Assembly (NCBI RefSeq): GCF_009914755.1
Contig: NC_060945.1
Reading direction: 5' to 3' (one strand)
DNA from: the human T2T-CHM13v2.0 reference genome, Homo sapiens
DNA length: 64,000 nucleotides
The notes below the pieces were generated by a model. That model had not been told where the DNA came from, did not search any database, and was given only the letters and a program-made list of their open reading frames with translations. The translations under genes and the position numbers were made by a program. Below, in pieces: positions 47,145 to 64,000 of this stretch. How positions within the stretch are numbered: the stretch's first letter is position 1; the number at the start of each line of letters is the position of its first letter.

Positions 47145-47310
47145 AGGGGTTCTGGTTTCTAAGACCCACCGTGGGGAAGAGGGATTCTAGTTTCTATGGC
47201 TAGTCTCCAGGGAAAATGGGACTGAGAGATAGTAGGGCAGAGAAAAACTTTTGCTTCTGAGGCTGCTGTTGAGGCCCTTATTTGGGGGTGTTGTATTCTG
47301 AGCCCTAACA

Positions 47311-47691
47311 TTAATAAGAGAAAAGCCATACCAATTAAAGTTTTACATGACGTGGGAGCCTTCATAAGGAAATGAAGACCCGAAGAAACAAACCTGAAGC
47401 TTTTTACAGTAGGTTTGATCAAGAGTAGACAATCATGGAGAAATATGATAGGACAAAGATGGTTTAAACTAAATGTAATCAATGGAGGAAAACTTAGTAA
47501 AGTCTATTTGTTCAGATTCTTTTTTGTGTCTCTGTGTCTTCAGATATAAGGATGTTCCTTCCTGTGGGTATGGGGAGGGTGTTACGACCTGTTCCAGGGA
47601 AAAAGGGTAGGGCAAGATCAGAGTGACCTTTCTACTTCTGTGGTTTTCTTAAATTCCTTCAGCTTTGGGGTAACATGTGTTTAACCCCACC
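47311..47691 (-). mobile_element. ERV1 LTR fragment (MER4-group)
   Basis: TTTTACATGACGTGGGAGCCTTCATAAGGAAATGAAGACCC...CCCCACCA. Confidence 0.6.
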
Positions 47692-48199
47692 ATGGGAAAG
47701 TGGACAACAGTATCAATGGCTTCTAATTCTTACAGTAAAAATGTCTCATAAATATTACATAAAATCTGGCTTTAAGGAAGGTAAAATTGGATTTATCCAA
47801 CACTGTTACAGGGAAGCATTTCTAATGATTCAAGGGGACAGGAAACTGAACAAATGATATTGGCAATGTTGAATATGTGTCCAGGAGCTCACTGAGGAGG
47901 GAACTTGGCTTAGTCATCTCGGGGTCTTTAGGACCTAGAGCTTAGCCCTGACTTATAGCTTCATAAAGTGTTTACTGTTCCTTATAAGATCCTTTAAAAT
48001 TCTTCCTTAGTGACCATGAGAAGGCAGTTTTTATCTTCCCAGAAACAGATTTGAATAATTTAAAACCAGTTGTAGCCACCGTGGGGTTGTAGAGTATCGA
48101 AGTTAACAGTTGAGGGGCTGAATTCAAGCTGCAGACAAATTAATTTTTTTGGTCTTTATCAGCTCAGATTGTAAAACATTAAATTTAGATTCCCTTGGA

Positions 48200-48751
48200 A
48201 GAGAAGTACACTCTCCAGTTTTAAACTTTCTCTGCACTCTCTTAAGGTTCAATAATTTGGATCCCTGGAACAAACTGATAGTAGGCAGATTCACAGAAGG
48301 AAAAGCATACAGTTCATTACTTGCAATTGAACAGAAGCCTCACAAAATATAAGAGTCAAAGAAAGACCAGATGACTAAAGTTGTTATGCCACACAGAAAG
48401 GAATTGAAGCTAGGGTGCCCTGGAGGGTGGTGGCAACAAGCTATGGGGGCAAGAGGAGGAACTGTACAGCGAGTAAAAGCTGTCTTATTATGCAGATCAA
48501 GTCTCTATGGCAGCAGCCCTCAGAAGAATAGATGATAGCCAGTGGTACAAGTTTCTCTGAAGGAGGTATCAGACTATTATTCTCTTTCTGTGAGTTAATC
48601 TTTCGTGGTTGCTATTTTTCTGGGGGAACTTCCCTGAGTCAGATAAGGCAAGATCAGAGAAAACCCTTACCTGCATTTGCTGCTTTCCAGGTGCTCTCAG
48701 TTTGAGTTTTAAAGCGGCATATTTGAGGGTATCATTTTCTGAGCTGCAACA
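48200..48751 (-). mobile_element. ERV1 LTR (MER31/MER34/MER39-like)
   Basis: Minus-strand start TGTTGCAGCTCAGAAAATGATACCC. Confidence 0.6.
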
Positions 48752-49385
48752 CAAGTGTTTCTTATTATATGACAATTGTTTTGCTAGCCTTATGCCTGAA
48801 GGCACTGGAGTTTGACCCTTTCTCAATACCTGAGAAACGAAGAAGCGCAGCTAGCTGAGTGAGCTGATGTAAAAAACCCAAAATCAGTGTTTTCAAGCTT
48901 GCATCGCTACATCAAGTGGCTTCCTAAACTAGGGGAAGATACTTGCATCTTCTTATTTGTTCAATTTGCCTCTCTGGTTTCCAGTTGCCCTATTAGCAGG
49001 CAATCTAGAACCTCCTTCTTAATGACCCGCTCCAGCCAGGTAGGTCCTATTTGCAAACACCAGATTTTCCAGGCACCGTTAGACACTGATGGCACCACTG
49101 GCTTACAAAATTCTTTTGGTGCACCTCCCAGGCTTAGGGATTATTTTCCAAACACAACTGCTGAGGCCAGATTCTGGGCCTGGCCTGTGTGTCTAGCATC
49201 AATTTCCCACTGTGCTCAAACCAGTGTTTCCCTCTCACCCAACAACAACTTCCTATACCTTTGTCTGGGGAGCTCAGACTTGGAGTATATCAGGAAGGGA
49301 ACAGGCATATGATTTGGATACAGCACCACATTCTTTCTTGGACCCTGGTCCCCAGCTAGACTGACCTTGCCTCCAGGTGACTGTT

Positions 49386-53631
<4,246 letters not shown>

Positions 53632-54939
53632 CCTCCAGGTGACTGTTGACCCTGACAGAATTTTCCTAACTTCAAGGTTCTGGGAACAGAGTGGGACTGT
53701 TGATATCTTCCTTCCCAGAAGGCTCTAGATTCTTTATGTAAGCCAATCCATTTCCTCCCAAGAGACAGCTTGGTTACCTTGTGTTTCCTTGAATCACTAG
53801 ACCTTTGCTGGAATAACAAAAACTCTTTTTCATGCTCTGGAGCCCTGCACCCACGCCATCAGGCCTATTCTCTCCACATTTACTAATTAAGAAAGATCAC
53901 TCAAATCCTTCCTGCAATGGAGAAGACTTGCTTGCTTCCTGGTGACTTTCCCTAATTTATTTTTAAACCACGTCAAGCATCCTGTTGGCTCCTGCACAGG
54001 GATCCTACTGCATTCACATTTTTCACATGGAACTTTGTGTGGACTTAGAAGACAGAAACTCGTACATAAATAATTCACAAAGAAAGACGATAGGATCTAG
54101 TAATGTGGGCAAATTCTGTGAAATGGTTACCTGAATTATAAATTATAAGGGTCTATAAAGTCTCAGTTTTCAGAAGGCTTTTACCAAATCCAATAATTAA
54201 GTGCATTGCCAGAACTTTCTAGATTCTGAGCTGCTTTCCAACAGGGTCCCATTTATGCTCCTTTCTATTTCATACATAATTTAAAAATCTCAAAGAATGT
54301 ACCCTGGGAATATTCTAAATACGAGTGGCCAGATCCTGTCCAATAAAAAAAAATGATTTTAAGATCGGTTCTACCAATGTGACTCCATCTGATTGAATTG
54401 AGAAAGTGATCACATTTGGTAGTAGGGCAGCCCTTTTACTAAATTATAAATATGTTAACTAAATGGTACTGCATCCAAATACTGCATCCAAATCATATGC
54501 CTGTTCCCTTCCTGATATACTCCAAATCTGAGCTTCCCAGATAAATATTCAATGAAAAGGCTTTAAGCACAGAGCTTCTCCTACTGGCCATTTAAACAAT
54601 GAGGTGTAGGAATGTTTCAGGAGAAATGTAGGCATTTATGATTTTAATTGACTGTTTTTCAATTTTAACTCATAGCAGACTTAATTGTGGCCTAAGTTGC
54701 ATGTGCCCACTGGAGACACTTCCTGTTTTTTAAAATTTTTGTTACTTTAAAAATATTAATGAATCCACCTGGCTAGAAACACCTATACAATCTATCCAGT
54801 GAGCAGGCTCCTTTCCACCCCTGTCCTACGCTGCCTTAGTTGTCACCATCTTTCCAATAGGGTAACATTTATTCCATTAACTTAAGAGATTTTAAATTTG
54901 TGTGTGTGTATATGCATGCATGTATGTATATATGTAGAT

Positions 54940-55562
54940 TGTTGGGAGTTCAAAACACAATACCCCAAAGTATGGTGTTTTGGCATGCTCAATACTTTAA
55001 ACTGAAGGACATTGGAAAGGCCTCAGAACCAAGGTCTCTCTGACCCTCTGCTGCTCTCCTGTCTTCCACCCCTCTTCCTCCCCCAAACTGAGTTATAGTA
55101 ACCAGAATTTCTCTTGCCCAAGGTGGATCATAGAAACTAGAACCCCTCTCTTCCAAATCAAGCCATAAAACCTAGGAAGGTCACTTTATCCCTTTTCTCC
55201 TGAGACCCTCATTCCAGAAAGGTCCTGCCCCATACCCAGGAGGATGGATTGCTACGTGGAGAAGTCAAGAAGAATCTGGACAGACAGGCCGGGCTGGGTT
55301 TCCTTCCTCCATCTACTACCATTAAATCATACCCTTTTGTGCAATCACATTTCCACACTGCTGTCCACACTTCATCAAAACTAAGCATAAAAAGAAACAG
55401 TTTTCCCTGGGTCTTTGGGTTTTCATTTCTGAAGACTCTCATGTCATATAAAACTTTGATTAATGCACCTGTTATGCCTTTTCCTTGTTAACCTGTCTTT
55501 TGTTATAGAAATGTCAGCCTGATAATTGGTGAGAAAATGTATCATACCTTTCTGCTTCTACA
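54940..55562 (+). mobile_element. MER39-like ERV1 solo LTR
   Basis: TGTTGGGAGTTCAAAACACAATACCCCAAAGTATGGTGTTTTGGCATGCT...CTTCTACA. Confidence 0.8.
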
Positions 55563-55749
55563 ACATACACATATGTGAACATATATACATGTGCCTTGTA
55601 TGTATGTAGGTACATATGTTGTGTGTGTGTGTCTGGAGGAGGTGAGGGAGGGAGACAGGAATACAAATAGGGAGTGGGAGAGAAATAGAAATGAACTCGG
55701 TTAATATATAAGCAGATACTAATGTTACTTTTCTGCCCTTTTTACGCAA

Positions 55750-57990
<2,241 letters not shown>

Positions 57991-58087
57991 AAAGTATGAC
58001 TTTCCTTTTTTTTTTTTTGTCTTGCGATGGAGTCTCACTCTGTCGCCCAGGCTGGAGTGCAGTGGCTCGATCTCAGCTCGCTGCAGC

Positions 58088-59513
58088 TGTGTCCAGAACT
58101 GGTGGGTTCTTGGTCTCACTGACTTCAAGAATGAAGCCGCGGACCCTTGTGGTGAGTGTTACAGTTCTTAAAGGCGGTGTGTCCGGAGTTTGTTCCTTCT
58201 GATGTTCGGATGTGTTTGGAGTTTCTTCCTTCTGGTGGGTTCGTGGTCTCACTGGCTCAGGAGTGAAGCTGCAGACCTTTGCGGTGAGTGTTACAGCTCT
58301 TAAGGTGGCGTGTCTGGAGTTGTTCGTTCCTCCCTGTGGGTTCATGGTCTTGCTGGCTTCAGAAGTGAAGCTGCAGACCTTCACGATGAATGTTACAGCT
58401 CATAAAGGCAGTGTGGACCCAAAGATTGAGCAGTAGCAAGATTTATTGCAAAGAGCAAAAGAACAAAGCTTCCATGGTGTGGAAGGGGACCGGAGCCACT
58501 GCTAGCCTGGGCAGCCTGCTTTTATTCTCTTATCTGGCCCCACCCACATCCTGCTGATTGGTCCATTTTACAAAGAGCTGATTGGTCCGTTTTGACAAGG
58601 TGCTGATTGGTGCGTTTACAATCCCTGAGCTAGACACAAAAGTTCTCCACCACCCCACTAGATGATAATAGATACAGAGTGTTGATTGGTGTATTTACAA
58701 ACCTTGAGCTAGATATAGAGTGCCAATTGGTGCATTCACAAACCCTGAGCTAGACACAGGGTGCTGATTGGTGTGTTTGCAAACCTTGAGCTAGATACGG
58801 AGTGCTGATTGGTGTATTTACAATCCCTTAGCTAGACATAAAGGTTCTCCAAGTCCCCATCAGACTCAGGAGCCCAGCTGGCTTCACCCAGTGGATCTGG
58901 CACTGGGGTCGCAGGTGGAGCTGCCTGCCAGTCCCGTGCCGTGTGCCCGCACTCCTCAGCTCTTGGGTGGTCGATGGGACTGGGCGCTGTGGAGCAGGGG
59001 GTGGTGCTCCTAGGGGAGGCTCGGGCCCCACAGGAGCCCACTGAGAGAGGGGGAGGCTCAGGCATGGCGTGCTGCAGGTCCCGAGCCCTGCCCGGCAGGG
59101 TGGCAGCTAAGACCCGGCGAGAAATCCAGTGCAGCGCCGGTGGGCCAGCACTGCTGGGGGACCCAGCCCACCCTCCGCAGCCTCCTGGCCCAGGTGCTAA
59201 GCCCCTCATTGCCCGGGCTGACCTGCCAGCCCGCTGCTCCAAGTGCAGGGCCCACGGAGCCCATGCCCACCCAGAACTCGCACTGGCCCGCAAGCATGGC
59301 ATGCAGCCCTGGTTCCCTCCTGCGCCCCTCCCTCCACACCTCCCCGCAAGCTGAGGGAGTCGGCTCCGGCCTTGGCCAGCCCAGAAAGGGGCCCCCACAG
59401 TGCAGCGGCGGGCTGAAGGGCTCCTCAAGCACAGGCAGAGTGGGCGCCAAGGCCGAGGAGGCACCGAGAGCGAGTGAGGGCTGTGAGGGCTGCCAGCACG
59501 CTGTCACCTCTCA
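58088..59513 (-). mobile_element. LTR12 (LTR12C-like, HERV9) solo LTR inserted in an Alu arm (58005-58087 and 59514-59600)
   Basis: Minus-strand start TGAGAGGTGACAGCGTGCTGGCAGCCC, GC-rich U3, tandem CCAAT repeats, U5 repeats GAAGGTCTGCAGCTTCACT; 4-bp TSD CAGC at 58084-58087 and 59514-59517. Confidence 0.95.
58515..58815 (-). promoter_or_regulatory. LTR12 U3 NF-Y (CCAAT) array and AATAAA-type TATA element
   Basis: About seven (G/C)ATTGG motifs on the + strand at 58555-58812; TTTTATT near 58520. Confidence 0.75.
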
Positions 59514-59712
59514 CAGCCTCTGCCTCCCAGGTACAAGTGATTCTCCTGCCTCAGCCTCCTGAGTAGCTGGGATTACAGGTATGCACCACCATAACTGGTT
59601 TTGATCGATTCTTTTTTTGTGTCCTTGAGAGGGTTTTAAAATTGTCTACCTTTAGCTCTTGTTCATTTCTTATTAAGATAATTTCTAAGTATTCTATAAT
59701 TTTTGTTGCTAT

Positions 59713-60742
59713 TGCTGGGGCTTGGAATGCAATACCCCATAGTATGGCACCTTGGCAGGCTGAATACTTTGGACTGAAGGAAATTGGAAAGGCCTCAGAA
59801 GCAAGCTCTTTCTGACCTTCTCCCATCCTCCTGTTCCTCTGTCTCCCCTAAATCTAAGTGAGTCTTAAAAACCAGAATTCCTCTTCCCCAAGGTAGGTCA
59901 TAAAAACTTGAACCCCTCTACCCCAAATCAAATCATAAAACCTATAAATGTCACACTCTCCCTTCTCCCTTAAGACCCTTATTAGATGCAGGTCCTCCCC
60001 TATATCTGGGAAAAAGGCATCCTTCACAGAGAAATCAAGAAGTATCTGAACAGAGAGGCCTGCTGGTGTCCCCCCTGCTGTGGTTTGGATATGGTTTGTT
60101 TGGCCCCACTGAGTCTTATGTTGAAATTTGATTCCAATGTTGCAAGTGGGGTGTGGTAAGAGATGTTTGGGCCATGAGGGTGGATCCCTCATGAGTGACT
60201 TGGTTCCATTCTCACAGGAGTGAGTTCTCACTCTTAGCTCCCAAAACAACTGTTTGTTGAAAAGAGCCTGATACCGCCTCCTCTCTCCCTCTTGCTTCCT
60301 GTCCTGGTGTGTGACCTCTGTACACTTCGGGTTCCCTTTGCCTTCTGCCGTGAGTAGAAGCAGCCTGACGCTCTTGCCAGAGCAGATGCTAGTGCTATGC
60401 TTCTGGCATGGCCAGCAGAACTGTGAGCCACATTTTCTTTATAAATTACCCAGCCTCAGGTATTTCTTTATTGCAACACAAATGAATTAAGGCACCCTCT
60501 CATTCTATTACCATTGGATCGTGTCCATTGTCTAATCACATTTCTCCACAGCTGTCCACTCTTCATTGGACCTAAGCCCTGGGTCTTTGGGTCTTCAATT
60601 CTGAAGTTTCCTGTGTTACCTAAAACTTCGGTTAAATACATTTGTTATGCTTTTCTCTTGTTAACCTGCCTTTTGTTAGAGGAGTGTCAGCTGTGACCCT
60701 TATGATGGGTGAGAAAATGTATCACATCTTTCTGACCCTACA
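59713..60742 (+). mobile_element. MER39-like ERV1 LTR interrupted by an MSTB LTR (~60076-60494)
   Basis: TG...CA termini, TSD CTAT; inner TGCTGTGGTTTGGATATGGTTTGTTTGGCCCC start. Confidence 0.82.
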
Positions 60743-61074
60743 CTATTGTAAATGGGACGATCACTGGTTACTAATGTCAATAGAAGTGACTCCTATGTAG
60801 CACAGCAGTAAGAATGGCCTCTTACTGGGTCAGCTAATCCCACACAGTAGATTAAAACAAGTTCATTTCTAGGAAAACATTCTCTCCATCACATTAAAAA
60901 ATTTATTTTTTAAAATTCGCAGACAAAATTGTATATATTTATCATGTATGACATGATGTCTTGAAATATATAATCCCAAAGGGCTGGGATTACAGATGTG
61001 AGCCGCCGTGCCTGGCCAAAGGGAAATTTTTATGTGAGGTTTCTAAAAATGTTCCTTAAAGGGAATTGACTCAT

Positions 61075-61771
61075 CTTAGACAAATACAGACTAAAGAGTC
61101 TTAGCTTCTCCCTCTTAAAAGTAAGGGAAGATAACATCACTCTCCTCCTTTTCCTTAGAGTGTTTATTTTGGAAATTTATAACTGCAAGTACTTTCTGCT
61201 CTCTTAGAAATGTATGTAAATTGTTTTGAAAAGTAGATAGGCCCTTTGTCAACTTGACCCTAGAATGCCTTTCTCAAGAACTCAGGAAGGAACCATCTTC
61301 TTTGAATGTAAACATTCAAGGAAGATAGCTTCCTATCTCCTAGTTTCAGTAGGAGAGTAGGGGAGTAATTTTAGCCTGACTCCAAGTTGTAAAACTACCT
61401 CCTGTCCAAACAATATGAGAAGTTTATTTTTCCTTTGTATAAAGTCAGTTAACTTACGCAGATGGTCACCACAATTACCAGGTAAATTTAGGATAAACTT
61501 AAGTGTAATGAAATGGTGCTGTCAAGACCTCTCACTTGAAGACTAGTTATGATTTATCTTGAGAACGTGTATGCAACAGGTTGTATGTGCTTGGGTGTAT
61601 GAAGGGTGAGAGTTCTCTCTGTGCAATCTCTTATCAAATTGCCTGTGATGTGCATTACATTCTGGTTTCACGCTTATTCAAAAATAAAAGGGCTTTCTTC
61701 CTCTATCACTTTCGTGGAGAGGATTTCTGGATTGAGAGAATATTTGTTTTTTAAATTATAGTTCCCCAACA
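61075..61771 (+). mobile_element. ERV1 LTR 3' part (MER34-like)
   Basis: AATAAAA and ...TTCCCCAACA end. Confidence 0.55.
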
Positions 61772-61779
61772 CTCAGTTG

Positions 61780-62073
61780 AGAGTCGTGCCCACTTTCTTC
61801 TCCCCTCTTCATACTTGTGAAGCAGGTATGTTTGCAAAGGCCATGGCTGCCATCTTGGACCATGTAGGTGACCTTGAAGATGGAAACCAACCAGCACGTT
61901 CAGAAAAAGGGGAGGACGAACCTTAGTCCCTGATAATTATGGAGCCATTGCACCAGTCCTGAATGGCCTACCTTTAGACTTCTTTTATATAAGAGAGAGA
62001 TAAAATTCTCTTGTTTCAGCCACTGTTATTTTGGTTCTTCTGTTAAATGAGGGTGAAGCTTATTCTAACTGAT
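61780..62073 (+). mobile_element. Old MLT1 LTR 3' part
   Basis: GCTGCCATCTTGGACCATG...TTTCAGCCACTGTTATTTTGG...CTAACTGATATA. Confidence 0.6.
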
Positions 62074-63203
62074 ATATTGCCAGAAAGAATAACTTCAGCT
62101 AAAATATAGCCAAATCAGGTTTCTTATTTAAGCATCCACTAACATTTAACTGTTTTTTTGCTTACACCCATGTACTGCAAGTCAACTGATTTAGTTATCA
62201 AGACATACATTTTGTAACCAGTTTATTTTTACTCCTTCACCATAAAGTCATTTGCTCAAATCTAAATGTTCTCTGGGTGCTGTTCTGGCTTTGAAAAGGT
62301 GACTAAGGTGGACTTCTGATAACACTTGCTTGGCTTTATTTATTTCAGGCAAAAATATTAAACTTTGGTCAAATTTTGATCAATTTCTCATTTATGCATA
62401 TGTTGAAATGAGCCTAAAATGTTCTTAAGGGAAAGCTTGGCCCTCTCATCAGTTCACTTTTATGCAGAAGTAGCTACATCTTCTATTCCCAGGTCAGACA
62501 GAAAGGCTCTTCAGCTTTTGTTAAAGGATGTTAATTCAGTGCTAACTTTGCTGATGATTAAAACCCATCATTCTGTCTGACAGCAGCACCTGATAATACC
62601 TCCAGGCACTTGTCGGGAAGTAGAACATTAATTCACAGCCACTCAGTATCATGCAAAAGTCTGCTGAGAAGAGTAATATTTATGGAGGACAGTTTAAAAG
62701 AATATGTAGTCCTTTATTTTCTCAGATGATCTGAAATCCATCCTTAAACAGATAATCACAGGGCTGCTCATTTGAATTCCTTTGTTTTGGTCCCTTGTAC
62801 AGTGGCTTTTACTCAGTTATGTTCTGTTATTATGACCTCTGCCTACATTTAAACATATTCTAAGTAACCTCTCTGGGAACTTATAATCATTAGTGTGAAG
62901 ATGTTGTTTATTCATTACAGGGCATGTGTCTTCTTTACAAGGTCACATGTGCTGACTTTCTCTTTGATTTCATTATAAAAATATTGTGTATCCACTTAGT
63001 GAATAATTTTTATTGAGCAACTGGTTTATTTTTAGAGACATTGCATTTTTGTGTTGCATATAATTTACTAAGTCCAATGACTATTTTTCTGAAACAAGGG
63101 AAATAAAAATAAATAACTGGGCTTAATGTACCCTTCCCTTTCACGCTTTTACATATTGTCCTCCTTTTTCGTGATCACTATGTCAGTGATTTTCTACCTT
63201 GAC

Positions 63204-63552
63204 TGCTGTGGTCTAAAAGTTTGTGTCCCCCTAAAATTCATATGCCAATCTTAACCTCCAAGGTATCTGAAGGTGGGGAACTTTGGGAGGTGATTAGGTC
63301 ATGGGGGTGGAGACCTCACAAATGGAATTGATACTCATATAAAAAGAGTCAGAGAGAGACTCTTCACCCCTTCCACCATGTGAGGATGTTGTGCAAAGAT
63401 GCAGTTTCTGAACTAGGAAGCAGACCCCCATCAATACAAAATCTGCCAACATCTCGCTCTTGGACTGGCCAGCCTCCAGAAATACATTTCTGTAGTTTAA
63501 AAACCACAGAGTTTATTGTATTTTGTTGTAGCAGCCCAAATGAACTAAGGAA
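63204..63552 (+). mobile_element. MLT1A-like LTR
   Basis: TGCTGTGGTCTAAAAGTTTGTGTCCCCCTAAAATTCATATG...GCAGCCCAAATGAACTAAG. Confidence 0.8.
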
Positions 63553-64000
63553 CTGGCTTATGGCTTTGTCTCTTTGGGGTAAAGGTAAAGAAGGATATTT
63601 GGATCATCCCATTTTTCTTAGGATCATCCCATTTTTTTTTTTTTTTAGAATGTAAAAGTTATGCTGAGCTTTTAGGAAAAACAACTTCAAAACTGAAGTC
63701 CTTCAGAATGATTAAGAGAAATTAGAATTTCTAGTTTATATTTTAGGCAATTTATTTAGAGTTGGGGTCTTGTTCTGTTGCCCAGGTTATTTTAAAAAAT
63801 CTGTTTAAACTTATCATTTTAATACACTTACTTTTTAATAGATAATACATTTATGCAGCTCTAAATCTAAAAGAATAAAAAAGGTATGCAATGTAGTCTT
63901 TCCGAACTCATGTCCTAGCCCCTTAGTTGTCTTCCTTGGAAGCTGCCAAGGTTATGTTTCTTTTGTAGCCATATATTTTGGTGTATTTTTTTGTAAATAA

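Noticed and set aside
58828-59562. 137-210 aa ORFs and CpG-island-like composition
   Set aside because: GC-rich U3 of LTR12, not a host gene
62080-63200. Repeat-free AT-rich stretch with possible splice acceptors
   Set aside because: No ORF or exon can be supported from sequence alone

Overview
Human (hominid) genomic DNA, about 70% interspersed repeats, with no recognisable intact host protein-coding exon. All long ORFs come from L1, Alu, SVA, MaLR or LTR12. Contents: about 25 Alus, several L1s (L1PB-like, L1MA/MB/ME-like and a 4.2-kb L1PA), MaLR and ERV1 LTRs (a MER4-group two-LTR provirus remnant and a solo LTR12), and DNA transposons (MER85, MER63, Arthur1-like). The clearest highlight is a human-specific SVA_F1 (15654-18522, minus) carrying about 64 bp of MAST2 exon 1, a 16-bp TSD and a VNTR with a ~635-bp higher-order duplication. 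The most interesting candidate is a stretch at ~11.1-12.9 kb that matches no repeat I recognise and whose + strand encodes, across stops and frameshifts, collinear motifs resembling bornavirus nucleoprotein (possible degraded EBLN). Also notable: a ~65-bp near-identical inverted copy of unique DNA on either side of the L1PA, a tailless U2 5' retrofragment, a possible L1-mobilised LTR R-U5-leader transcript, and deeply nested insertions. Subfamily names are from recalled consensus sequences, not from a database search.
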